Origin: Ruminococcus sp.
GTDB lineage: Bacteria > Bacillota > Clostridia > Oscillospirales > Acutalibacteraceae
Direction of reading: 5' to 3'
DNA length: 62,610 nt
Assembly: GCA_045535605.1 (NCBI GenBank)
Contig: JAZSLX010000050.1
Coordinates: forward strand, 1 to 62,610
A model generated the notes under the pieces. The model was not told the DNA's origin. It did not search any database and saw only the letters and a program-made list of their open reading frames with translations. A program made the position numbers and the translations under genes. Position 1 is the first letter of the stretch, and each line of letters opens with the position of its first letter. Positions 1 through 9,038 of this stretch are shown here, in pieces.

Positions 1-198
1 AATTCTGCCTGGGGAGGTGTGAGGCTGATACAGGTATCCGTTTTGTGTCAGATCTGCCATATCGTTTCTGATGGTGGCGGGAGAAACGTTGATACCCGTT
101 TCAGTAAGCAGGGTCTTTGAACCTACCGGTTCACCTGTTTCAATAAAGCTCTCAACGATGGCCCGGAGTATTTTCTGTTTTCTTTCTGCAAGCTCCAA
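1..198 (-). CDS. hrcA: Heat-inducible transcription repressor HrcA, N-terminal part (runs off window start; not in ORF track)
   Basis: Manual translation from TTG at 198: MELAERKQKILRAIVESFIETGEPVGSKTLL...VSPATIRNDMADL...LYQPHTSPGRI; RBS GGAGG upstream; CIRCE directly upstream. Confidence 0.95.
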   Translation of the reverse strand, partial: MELAERKQKILRAIVESFIETGEPVGSKTLLTETGINVSPATIRNDMADLTQNGYLYQPHTSPGRI

Positions 199-218
199 AT
201 CATCGCCTCCGTTTCGGA

Positions 219-245
219 TTAGCACTCTAACGGTGCGAGTGCTAA
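219..245. promoter_or_regulatory. CIRCE operator (HrcA binding site)
   Basis: Exact TTAGCACTC-N9-GAGTGCTAA between hrcA promoter and start. Confidence 0.97.
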
Positions 246-255
246 CTCTACTAAT

Positions 256-284
256 AATTTACACCCGATATATGGAAATGTCAA
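256..284 (-). promoter_or_regulatory. Sigma-A-like promoter of hrcA
   Basis: Minus strand TTGACA-17 nt-TAAATT. Confidence 0.65.
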
Positions 285-606
285 GTGTATTTTGGATAAA
301 AGATTTGTGAATTATCTGTGTACAAGGGGATTTTTCGGCAGGATAAGGAAACTTTTTGCAGAAAAATATATTTAGCGGAAGGGCTCTCTTGTATCTGGTT
401 ACCATGAGGATATCTATATATAGTGTATATAGGGAGAGTATAAATATTTTTGAAAAAAATTATGCGGAAAATAAAGAAAATGCTTGCTTTTTTCAATCGG
501 TAGTGGTATTATATATCAGCACGATTGTGAAAATAGGGCTTTTATGGAAGCTCTGATGATAAATCTCACGAGGTTTCGTGTTAACGCTTTTGAAGGAGGT
601 GGGACA

Positions 607-867
607 ATGCCCAATATCAAATCAGCAAAGAAGCGCGTTAAGGTTATCGCAACCAAAACTGCTCAGAACAAGAGCGTTAAGTCTGCTCTCAGAACAGCAA
701 TTAAGAAAGCATACTACGCAATCGACACCAACGCCGACAACAAAGCTGAGGCGGTTCGTCTTGCTGTTAAGAAAATTGATCTGGCTACCGCAAAGGGTAT
801 TCTGCATAAGAACACTGCCGCAAGAAGCAAGTCTAATCTTGTGAAGCGCCTGAATGCTACAGCATAA
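607..867 (+). CDS. rpsT: 30S ribosomal protein S20
   Basis: MPNIKSAKKRVK...KGILHKNTAARSKS; RBS GGAGGT before ATG 607. Confidence 0.97.
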   Translation: MPNIKSAKKRVKVIATKTAQNKSVKSALRTAIKKAYYAIDTNADNKAEAVRLAVKKIDLATAKGILHKNTAARSKSNLVKRLNATA

Positions 868-887
868 TTTTTTCTTAATAAAACCTT

Positions 888-915
888 AAAAGCAGAGCTC
901 TCTCTGCTTTTTTTG
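888..915 (+). terminator. Intrinsic terminator after rpsT
   Basis: AAAAGCAGAG/CTCTGCTTTT hairpin plus T-tract. Confidence 0.8.
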
Positions 916-1051
916 TTTTTGCGGATATTTTTTCTGCAAATTGCCATTATTCGGTTGACTTTTTCTCATACGGCTGTTATTATTTTAGTGTATAGAATAT
1001 CTGTGATTTTCTGCACAGAATATTTATGAGAACACACAGGAGGTACGTAAT

Positions 1052-1204
1052 ATGAAAAAGAACAGTTCTTGGGGCTGGGTTATCGCTCTGCTGTCTGCTA
1101 TTGTTGCAGTTGCTGCAGCAGTTACCACCATTATGGTTGTTAAGAAGAAAAAAGAGAAGGACAACGAGGAGCTCGAGGAGTATCTCGATAACGCTATTGT
1201 TTGA
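1052..1204 (+). CDS. 50-aa single-TM small protein (below ORF-track cutoff)
   Basis: AGGAGG RBS; MKKNSSWGWVIALLSAIVAVAAAVTTIMVVKKKKEKDNEELEEYLDNAIV; own terminator at 1238-1269. Confidence 0.75.
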   Translation: MKKNSSWGWVIALLSAIVAVAAAVTTIMVVKKKKEKDNEELEEYLDNAIV

Positions 1205-1237
1205 TTGTTTTCTCATAAATCTTAATACGTAACAGGG

Positions 1238-1269
1238 AGCAGAGGGTGTACTATGCCCTCTGCTTTTTT
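1238..1269 (+). terminator. Intrinsic terminator after small ORF
   Basis: AGCAGAGGG...CCCTCTGCT followed by T-tract. Confidence 0.75.
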
Positions 1270-1296
1270 GTGCTCAAAATACACTGTATACACTCT

Positions 1297-1400
1297 GTAT
1301 CCATTTTGGATACTCAGGATAGGTTAGGATAGGTTAGGATAGGTAAGTATAGTATAGAGTAAGGGTAGGTAAGTATAGTATAGAGTAAGGGTAGTATAGT
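1297..1400. repeat. Palindrome plus nested tandem repeats
   Basis: GTATCCA-TTT-TGGATAC (1297-1313); about 3x AGGATAGGTT (1316-1344); 2x 26-mer AGGTAAGTATAGTATAGAGTAAGGGT (1341-1392). Confidence 0.85.
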
Positions 1401-1544
1401 ACATACAAGGACAGAAAAAACAAACATAGACCACTGAAGACTGGGTAATCAGAGGATGTTCTTTGTGTGTGTGAAATTTTACTTGTGTTTTTTGTAATCG
1501 GTAATTAAGTATAAAAGGATATATTCGCAGATATGGCAGGATGT

Positions 1545-1581
1545 AAAAACCGCAGAGGCCTTTAAAGCTTCTGCGGTTTTT
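1545..1581 (-). terminator. Terminator after first LRR-dockerin gene
   Basis: AAAAACCGCAGAGGC...GCTTCTGCGGTTTTT hairpin. Confidence 0.75.
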
Positions 1582-1615
1582 GTTTAAATTATGCTTTTGT
1601 TTTAATGGAGATGAA

Positions 1616-3634
1616 TCAGATAAGTCCTGCTACCTTCTTCTGGATAGCGGTAGCATCCTTGATGGTGATTACGTCGTCCTCGTCGTAATCTGCAAGGGTA
1701 AGAGCATCGCCCTCAAGGAGTATAAGCTGTGCTACGTGCTTCTGAATAGCGGTGGCATCCTTGATGTTGATGTCGCCGTCAAGGTTTGCGTCACCTGTCT
1801 CGTATTTGTCCAAAGGTGATGTGGAAGGCTCGTTTTCATCAAGGGGAATAAATGTTATATAATTCTCCTTTGCATAAGCTTCTGCACAGGTGCCTTTATA
1901 GCCTTTAATATATTCTAAAAAGCCGAAGGCACCCTCGCCGATTTTTTCAACTGACTTGGGGACAACTATTCCATCGCATCTGCAGTTGAAAGCTTCTTTA
2001 CCGATTTCCTTGATACCGTCGGGAATTACAAGCTCACCTTCAATGCCGCAGGCGTAGAATGCACAGTCCGGGATTTTTGTAAGGGAATCGCAAAGCAGAG
2101 TAAGCTCCTTCAGGTCAAAGCAAAATTCGAATGCACTCTCACCCAGATACTCAAGTCCTTCGGGAATTGTTACAGAGGTTAAATTTGCGGAATAAAAAGC
2201 AAAATCGCCGATATATTTTAAGCTTTCGGGAAGAACTGCATCCGTAAGTTCGGTATACTGAAATGCATAGTCACCGATGTATTCCAGTCCCTCAGGGAAG
2301 TTAATTGCAGTAATTTTAGAACCGGTTAATGCACTGTCGCCAATGATTTTTAAGCTGTCAGGTAAAACAATAGAGGTGAAATTGAATGAATAGCTCAGAG
2401 TATTATTAGCAATCAGACGGGTTCCGTCCTGGATTGTTAACTCGGCATCATCGTAATTCCTTGCGGCAACAAGACAGTTGTCGATGTATAAAACACCGTT
2501 ACGGTTTTCATTGAAATATGAAGTGAATATTTCGGTGTACGCAAAAGCATCTTCACCGATATATGTAACAGTGGATGGAATGTTAATTTCTGCAAGTCTG
2601 CTTGCAAAATTAAAAGCACTCATGCCGATATATTCAAGGCCCTCGGGCAGAGTAACAGAGCCGAGGTTTGAACATGAATTAAACGCATAGTCGGATATAA
2701 CCTTCAGAGATTCAGGTGCAACATAGTCTACGGGTTCACTGGTCCAAGGCGTATCAGTGTGATAAATTGCCTCTGTGAGCTCCTTGTTATAAAGAAAACC
2801 GTCACCGTGAATTGCGAAGTGCATATTATCGGAATCAATAGTGATTTTTTCAAATTCAGAGGGATATAATGCATTGGAGGATATCTCCTCCAGAGCGGCA
2901 GGGATGATAAGCTCCTTGAAGGTGCGGGGAGAATGAGAGAACGCAAAGTCTTCAATCTTTTTTACGGTGCTTGGGATAGTTGCAATACAGTCCTCGACAT
3001 CAGGGTCAGAATAGTAGTTCAGCAGAACAGTCTGGTCTTTGTTGTACAGAGAACCATCAACAGCAGAATAGTTCTTGTTGGCATCTGCAACTGTGAAGCC
3101 GTTACTAAAGCTAAAGGGCCTTGCCTGAGTACCCATATCTTCAAGGCTGGCAGGGATAGTAAGGGAATCGAGTTCAGCGAATCTGGGGAATGCAGAATCG
3201 GCAATAAGCTTGGTTCCGTCCTTGATTACAACATCAGCAGGAGTTCCTTCGCTGACGGCAATCAGATATTCGCCTACATAGAGCATACCGTTTTCCCAGT
3301 TGCTTTCATTGTCATAAAAGGCACTGTCAGAGAATGCGTCGGCACCGATATGGGTCAAAGTGTTGGGTAAAGAGATGCTGACAGCTGCAGAGTCGTAAAA
3401 TGCATCGCTTGCTATGCTTGTTACTGTGTAGCCGTCAATGGATTCGGGAACGGTGATTTCTGTCAGTTCGTCGTCGCAGCGTGTGATTTCTGCTGTGCCG
3501 TCTTCCTGCAGCTCATAAAAGAGCTCCGGCATTTCAAAGTCTGCTGCAGCTATACTTGAAAAGGGTATGCTTGTTAACAGTATCAGTGCAGCTAGCAAAC
3601 ATAAAAACATAGATTTAATTGTTCTTTTTTTCAT
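1616..3634 (-). CDS. Secreted BspA-type leucine-rich repeat protein with C-terminal dockerin
   Basis: Signal peptide; many LxxIxLPxxLxxIGxxAF repeats; GDANLDGDINIKDATAIQK...ADYDEDDVITIKDATAIQK. Confidence 0.9.
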   Translation of the reverse strand: MKKRTIKSMFLCLLAALILLTSIPFSSIAAADFEMPELFYELQEDGTAEITRCDDELTEITVPESIDGYTVTSIASDAFYDSAAVSISLPNTLTHIGADAFSDSAFYDNESNWENGMLYVGEYLIAVSEGTPADVVIKDGTKLIADSAFPRFAELDSLTIPASLEDMGTQARPFSFSNGFTVADANKNYSAVDGSLYNKDQTVLLNYYSDPDVEDCIATIPSTVKKIEDFAFSHSPRTFKELIIPAALEEISSNALYPSEFEKITIDSDNMHFAIHGDGFLYNKELTEAIYHTDTPWTSEPVDYVAPESLKVISDYAFNSCSNLGSVTLPEGLEYIGMSAFNFASRLAEINIPSTVTYIGEDAFAYTEIFTSYFNENRNGVLYIDNCLVAARNYDDAELTIQDGTRLIANNTLSYSFNFTSIVLPDSLKIIGDSALTGSKITAINFPEGLEYIGDYAFQYTELTDAVLPESLKYIGDFAFYSANLTSVTIPEGLEYLGESAFEFCFDLKELTLLCDSLTKIPDCAFYACGIEGELVIPDGIKEIGKEAFNCRCDGIVVPKSVEKIGEGAFGFLEYIKGYKGTCAEAYAKENYITFIPLDENEPSTSPLDKYETGDANLDGDINIKDATAIQKHVAQLILLEGDALTLADYDEDDVITIKDATAIQKKVAGLI

Positions 3635-3877
3635 GGCATTTCCTCCTGATTTATTATTGTTTTGGCTTCTTTGTTCTTATATTAACACCTATATAAAGGT
3701 ATTTACAATAGACGCAATTTAGAATAAATCAACTAATGGTTTAATAATGTTAAAAAGATTTCAGCTTAAAAGTAATGTAAGTGTGATTGTCAATAGTTTT
3801 TTTAAGGTTTTCTTTTAGCTTGACTTTTGGGTTTTATGTTATTAATTGTAACATAAGTCAAGGAATAAGGAGTCTGA

Positions 3878-4011
3878 GGTGATCTTGTTATAAACAAAAA
3901 GTCACTCAGGGGTGAAGACGGATACAAAGTCATTTCTATCAGAATCAAAGAAGAAACGAGCTCATCAATATTCTGCCAAACTTTGCAATTGAAAACAGTG
4001 AGGTGCAGTGA
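3878..4011 (+). pseudogene. Disrupted small ribbon-helix-helix (CopG-like) gene
   Basis: One frame reads DLVINKKSLRGEDGYKVISIRIKEE, a shifted frame reads RNELINILPNFAIENSEVQ*; no in-frame start after RBS AAGGAG. Confidence 0.6.
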
Positions 4012-4047
4012 CCTTGTGTTCTTGATTTTGGCGTGGATTTTGTATTG

Positions 4048-4084
4048 AAAAACAGCAGAGGCTACCAAAGCTTCTGCGGTTTTT
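4048..4084 (-). terminator. Terminator after second LRR-dockerin gene
   Basis: Near-copy of hairpin at 1545-1581. Confidence 0.7.
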
Positions 4085-4119
4085 GTTTAAATTATGCTTT
4101 TTGTTTTAATGGAGATGAA

Positions 4120-5808
4120 TCAGATAAGACCTGCTGTCTTTTTCTGGATTTCAGTTGCGTCCTTGATGGTGATTACGTCGTCCTCGTCATAGTCTGCAAG
4201 GATAAAGCCTATATCGTCAAGAAGCTCAAGCTCTGCTACGTGCTTCTGGATAGCAGTTGCGTCCTTGACGTTTACTTCTCCGTCAAGGTTTGCGTCTCCG
4301 CGATCAAAGTTCTGGGTATTATTTGTAGGAGGTTCAATTACACCTATAGCAACAAATTTGTGGTTAAATTCCGCGGCGTAGCTTTCAGCGGCAGAGCCTG
4401 CATAGCCGTAAATAGTAAAGGGCTTTAAGTTGTAAAAATCCTCAAAGGCGTGTTTTCCTATCTCTGTTACTGAGGCAGGTATAGTTATCTCATACAAAGA
4501 GTCACAGCCTGAGAAGGCTCTTTCGCCGATTCTGGTAACACTGTCGGGAATTGTGATTTTTCGCAGATTCCAGCAGCTTGAAAAGGCTTCATCAGGAATC
4601 TCTGTTATAGTAGCAGGCAGGGTGATTTCTTCAAGACCGAAGCAAGCCCAGAATGCTCCTTCTTCTAATTTTGTAACCCCGGTGCCGAAGTTTACATTCC
4701 TGAGTTCCTGAGCGTTGGAGAAGGCGTGTTTGCCTATAGTTGCGAGGGAATCAGGGAGAGTTACAGAGATGAGCTGGTCGATACAATAGAAGGCTTTTGT
4801 TCCGAGAGTCTGCGTGCCTTCGGGTACACAATAGGAGCTGCCTGCTTTGTTTGCGGGGTATCTGATCAGGGTCTTTGCGGATTTGTCAAAGAGAACTCCG
4901 TCAATATCGCAGAAGTGCTCATTGTCAGGGCTGACACGGATTTCCTCTAAGCTGTTCAGTGAATCGACATCTTCTATGTTCAGATAGAACAGATTAGCAC
5001 CAATGCTTATAGATTTCAGCTCGTCGCAGTAATCGAAGGCGGAGTCGCCTATAACCAGCACTGAATCAGGCAGAACGAGGGAGGACAGGTTGTCACAGCC
5101 AAAGAAGGCATATCCTGCGATTGCCTCAAGTCCCTCGGGAAGGTTTATTGTTTCCAGATGGTTGCTCAGGTAGAAGGCAATTGCACCGATATTTTTCGTG
5201 CCCCGGGGCAGTGTGTACTCAGTTGCGGTTTTTCCTGCAGGATAATAGATAAGGGTTGTGGCGGCTTTGTCAAAAAGAACGCCGTCAATGCTTGAATAGA
5301 GCTTGTTTTCGGGGGAGACGTTGACGTTCTGAATGGTTTCGCATCCGTAGAAAAGATGATTGCCGATAGATCTGACACCCTTGGGGATGTTGAGCTCAGT
5401 AAGAGAACTGCAGTTTGTGAAGGCTTCGTTGCGTATAACCTGAAGGCTGTCAGGGAGGTTTACCACACTGAGGTTGGAACAGCTTCTGAAAGCGTATTCG
5501 TAAATGATAGAAATACCCTCGCTGAGGGTTATGGATTTAAGTGTGTGGTTTGCTTCGAAAGCATATCCTCCGATTGCTGTAACAGGCATATCGTCCACAG
5601 TAGAGGGGATAGTCAATTCGTCCTGTGTTCCCAAATAGTCTGTAACTGTAAGCTCACCCTCAGAGTTTATCTGACAGATAATTCCATCAGGTGTCTGAAT
5701 GGTCTTAGGCTCATTGTCTGCAGGAGATACCGCTCCTGCAGGGGTTGCAGAAATAAGCATAAGTACCGCCAGCATAAAAGCGATTATAGAGTTTCTTGTT
5801 TTCTTCAT
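4120..5808 (-). CDS. Secreted BspA-type leucine-rich repeat protein with C-terminal dockerin
   Basis: Signal peptide; LRR_5-type repeats and 'SIDGVLFDKxxxTLIxYP' motifs; duplicated dockerin Ca-loop/helix. Confidence 0.9.
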   Translation of the reverse strand: MKKTRNSIIAFMLAVLMLISATPAGAVSPADNEPKTIQTPDGIICQINSEGELTVTDYLGTQDELTIPSTVDDMPVTAIGGYAFEANHTLKSITLSEGISIIYEYAFRSCSNLSVVNLPDSLQVIRNEAFTNCSSLTELNIPKGVRSIGNHLFYGCETIQNVNVSPENKLYSSIDGVLFDKAATTLIYYPAGKTATEYTLPRGTKNIGAIAFYLSNHLETINLPEGLEAIAGYAFFGCDNLSSLVLPDSVLVIGDSAFDYCDELKSISIGANLFYLNIEDVDSLNSLEEIRVSPDNEHFCDIDGVLFDKSAKTLIRYPANKAGSSYCVPEGTQTLGTKAFYCIDQLISVTLPDSLATIGKHAFSNAQELRNVNFGTGVTKLEEGAFWACFGLEEITLPATITEIPDEAFSSCWNLRKITIPDSVTRIGERAFSGCDSLYEITIPASVTEIGKHAFEDFYNLKPFTIYGYAGSAAESYAAEFNHKFVAIGVIEPPTNNTQNFDRGDANLDGEVNVKDATAIQKHVAELELLDDIGFILADYDEDDVITIKDATEIQKKTAGLI

Positions 5809-6041
5809 AGAAGTAACCTCCTTTGCTGATGATTTGAATATATCAAACTTAAAGAAAGCTTGTCAATAAAAGAAACAGCACAAAGAAAGAACGCACCATA
5901 ACTTTTGGTTATTGCACAAGAAACGGCAAGAAAACAGGGTGCCTCCCCCGGTGGGATTTAAGTATGCCGAAGTCAACACAAAAAAGAACACGACTGCTGA
6001 AATTACAAAACTCAACAGTCGTTTGTTATTTATGAGAGTTA

Positions 6042-7526
6042 TTACAGATGATAAAGCTTCTTTGTCTGGTAGGTGGGCTCACAGGTGAGATTTATACCAA
6101 GCTTTTTGAACATCTTTTCGTCGGTGCTTGCAAGGATAACCGTTGCGTGTGCCTCAAGACCCTTCAGCTTGTGGAGCTGGTCAAGGGCTTTTTGTGCAAG
6201 GGAATCTGTTGCGGCACAGATGGAAAGTGCCAGGAGCACCTCGTCAATGTGAAGTCTGGGGTTGTGGTTGCCTAAATGTCCTACCTTCAATTTCTGGATA
6301 GGCTCGATGATTGTGGGAGAGATAAGGTGAATCTCGTCGTCGATTCCACCAAGGTACTTAAGAGTGTTAAGTATTGCAGCAGAGGACGCCCCCAGCAGTG
6401 ATGAGGTTTTACCTGTGATGATTGTGCCGTCAGGCATTTCGATTGCGGCGGCAGGCTCTCCTGTTCCCTCAGCTTTTTTAAGAGCTGCTCCGATAACAGG
6501 TCTCTGCTCTGTGCTGAGTCCTGCCTGCTTCATAAGAAGCTCAAGCTTGAACACAACTTCCTTGTCACAGTTGCCCTGACGCTGTGAGCACATAGCGTCA
6601 TAGTAACGTCTTATAATCTCCTGCTGAGCGGCGGCACATACTGCCTCGTCATCAAAGATGCAGTGGCCTGCCATATTAACACCCATATCTGTGGGAGATT
6701 TGTAAGGTGACTCGCCCAGAATCTGCTCAAACATGGCGCTGAGTACAGGGAAAATCTCTACATCGCGGTTGTAGTTTACCGCGGTTTCGTTGTATGCCTC
6801 AAAGTGATAGGGGTCTATCATATTTACGTCGTTAAGTTCAGCAGCTGCAGCCTCGTAAGCAACATTTACAGGGTGCTTTAAGGGGAGATTCCAGATGGGG
6901 AAGGTCTCAAATTTTGCATAGCCTGCCTGAACGCCACGCTTGTGGTCGTGATAAAGCTGAGAAAGACAGGTGGCCATCTTGCCTGAGCCGGGACCGGGAG
7001 CAGTGATGATAACAAGCTGCTTCTCGGTTTCAATGTATTCGTTCTTTCCAAGACCCTCGTCGCTTACAATAAGGTCAATATCTGCAGGATAGCCGGGAAT
7101 GGGGTAGTGGCGGTAAACCTTTACACCCAAAGACTCCAGACGCTTCTGGAATTTATTTGCAGAGGGCTGGTTTGCATAGCAGGTGAGTACCACAGAGCCA
7201 ACATAAAGGCCTACACCGCGGAACACGTCAATAAGACGGAGGGTGTCAAGGTCATAGGTGATGCCCAAGTCGCCGCGTACCTTGTTTTTCTCAATGTCTC
7301 CTGCGTTTATTACGATGACGATTTCTGCCTGCTCCTTGAGCTGTATAAGCATCTGGAGCTTGCTGTCAGGCTCAAAGCCGGGAAGGACTCTGGAGGCGTG
7401 GTTATCATCATAGAGCTTGCCGCCGAACTCAAGGTACAGCTTGCCGCCGAACTGGTCGATTCGCTCCTTGATACACTGGGACTGCATACTCAGATATTTA
7501 TTGTTGTCAAAACCTTTGGCTATCAT
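6042..7526 (-). CDS. DUF1846/UPF0371 family P-loop protein
   Basis: KLYLEFGGKL, TAPGPGSGKMATCLSQLYH, GYAKFETFPIWNLPLKHPVN. Confidence 0.9.
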   Translation of the reverse strand: MIAKGFDNNKYLSMQSQCIKERIDQFGGKLYLEFGGKLYDDNHASRVLPGFEPDSKLQMLIQLKEQAEIVIVINAGDIEKNKVRGDLGITYDLDTLRLIDVFRGVGLYVGSVVLTCYANQPSANKFQKRLESLGVKVYRHYPIPGYPADIDLIVSDEGLGKNEYIETEKQLVIITAPGPGSGKMATCLSQLYHDHKRGVQAGYAKFETFPIWNLPLKHPVNVAYEAAAAELNDVNMIDPYHFEAYNETAVNYNRDVEIFPVLSAMFEQILGESPYKSPTDMGVNMAGHCIFDDEAVCAAAQQEIIRRYYDAMCSQRQGNCDKEVVFKLELLMKQAGLSTEQRPVIGAALKKAEGTGEPAAAIEMPDGTIITGKTSSLLGASSAAILNTLKYLGGIDDEIHLISPTIIEPIQKLKVGHLGNHNPRLHIDEVLLALSICAATDSLAQKALDQLHKLKGLEAHATVILASTDEKMFKKLGINLTCEPTYQTKKLYHL

Positions 7527-7811
7527 AGAAATACCCCTTTGACTAATAATAAAAACAATCTACCCTTAATTATACAACGGCTCAGTTTAGTTTTCAAGGG
7601 TGAATTTCAGCCATTTTACAACACATCCTGTATCGGTATGTCAGCTGTGTACTGGGGTTTGTTACAATATTACCCTTGTTGATTGCCGATAAGTGTGATA
7701 AATTCAAAAGAGTGGTAAACTTGAATTTGTGTAATTCTACTTTTCGTAGGTTGTTGCTTTATAAAATAGGATATATAATTATCTCAACAATTGTAAAGGA
7801 AGGTGCATATT

Positions 7812-8393
7812 GTGGGATATATAACCGGAAAAACGATAAAGGAATTAAGAGAAAAGCGTAAAATAACTCAGAAAGAACTTGCGAAAAAAATAAATGTAAG
7901 TGATAAAACTATATCCAAATGGGAAACGGGAAAAGGCTTGCCTGATATAGCTATTATTGAAGATTTGTCAAAAGCATTGGGTACATCAATAACAGAATTA
8001 CTTACAGGTGATTTGAGGAAAAATGAAAATATGTCAAGCAATATGAAGAAGATGAGCTTCTTTGTATGCCCGATTTGCGGCAATATTATTTCTGCGGTTG
8101 GAGCAGGCTCGTTTTCGTGTTGTGGTATTACATTGCAAAAGGAAGAAGCTGAAGAATATGACGAGAACCACGCAATCCACCTTGAAACAATAGAGGACGA
8201 GTATTATGTATCAATAAATCATTCTATGGATAAAAAACACTATATTTCTTTTATTGCTTATGTTACATCAAACAGTTGTGAAATTGTAAAGTTGTACCCT
8301 GAACAAGATATATCTGTTAGATTTAAGAAAAAAGGACACGGAATCATCTATGCCTTTTGCAATAAACACGGAATGGCTCATATGAAGATATAA
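7812..8393 (+). CDS. XRE-family HTH regulator fused to desulfoferrodoxin-like domains
   Basis: TQKELAKKINVSDKTISKWETGKGLPD; CPICGN..SCCG; H..HSM..HYI..FCNKHG; GTG 7812 chosen by RBS spacing. Confidence 0.85.
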   Translation: MGYITGKTIKELREKRKITQKELAKKINVSDKTISKWETGKGLPDIAIIEDLSKALGTSITELLTGDLRKNENMSSNMKKMSFFVCPICGNIISAVGAGSFSCCGITLQKEEAEEYDENHAIHLETIEDEYYVSINHSMDKKHYISFIAYVTSNSCEIVKLYPEQDISVRFKKKGHGIIYAFCNKHGMAHMKI

Positions 8394-8488
8394 ACAGGAT
8401 GTTAAAAAAATCAGATTATTTTTAATTTGCAGGGATACAAACGGGCTTCGCTATCGGTGGCGAGGCCCGTTTTGCTTTGCACAGATGT

Positions 8489-8845
8489 TTATTTTTTGAA
8501 TCGGGATTTGCCCACAAGGCTTGCGATTATGCCGAGGACTATGGCAGCGGTAATACCTGCCGAGGAAGAGGTCAGTCCTCCTGTGAGGATTCCCAGTGCA
8601 CCTTTAGCGTCAACGGCTTTTCTGACACCCTCTGCCATTATGTTGCCAAAGCCCAGAAGGGGCACTGTGGCGCCTGCACCTGCAAATTCCGCAAAGGGCT
8701 TGTACACACCGATTGCAGAGAGTATTACACCCAGCACCACACAGCCTGTGAGAATTCTGGCAGGGGTGAGCTTGGTAAAGTCAATGAGAAGCTGGCACAA
8801 AAGGCACAAAAGGCCTCCCACCCAGAAGGCATTTAAATATTCCAT
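8489..8845 (-). CDS. spoVAE: Stage V sporulation protein AE (SpoVAC/AE family)
   Basis: AFWVGGLLC..QLLID.TKLTPARIL; FAGAGATVPLLGFG. Confidence 0.88.
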   Translation of the reverse strand: MEYLNAFWVGGLLCLLCQLLIDFTKLTPARILTGCVVLGVILSAIGVYKPFAEFAGAGATVPLLGFGNIMAEGVRKAVDAKGALGILTGGLTSSSAGITAAIVLGIIASLVGKSRFKK

Positions 8846-9038
8846 AATATACATCCTTTGAAATGGTAAGTTTTATATTATATTTTGTATTATATTATTA
8901 CAAATATGTGCATTGCATATAATTTCTATTGAAAAAAACAGGTGCGAATGATATAATTATTTTAACTGTGAAATAATGAAATATTCATCAGTAACAGTTG
9001 CAAGGTAAATCCCACTTCTTTTATAGGGAGGTTAATAT

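Noticed and set aside
484-606. N-terminal extensions in ORF track (rpsT from 484; likewise HAD from 22391, rSAM from 56524, kinase from 57429)
   Set aside because: Better RBS and family-typical N-termini at downstream starts; extensions overlap promoters or other genes
980-1216. 78-aa minus-strand ORF
   Set aside because: Antisense shadow of the 1052-1204 gene, which has the RBS and terminator
1297-1400. CRISPR array
   Set aside because: Repeats are directly tandem with no unique spacers, and no cas genes are present
7623-8402. 9-bp inverted repeat ACATCCTGT/ACAGGATGT flanking the XRE gene as transposon ends
   Set aside because: Too short to exceed chance; no transposase or target duplication seen
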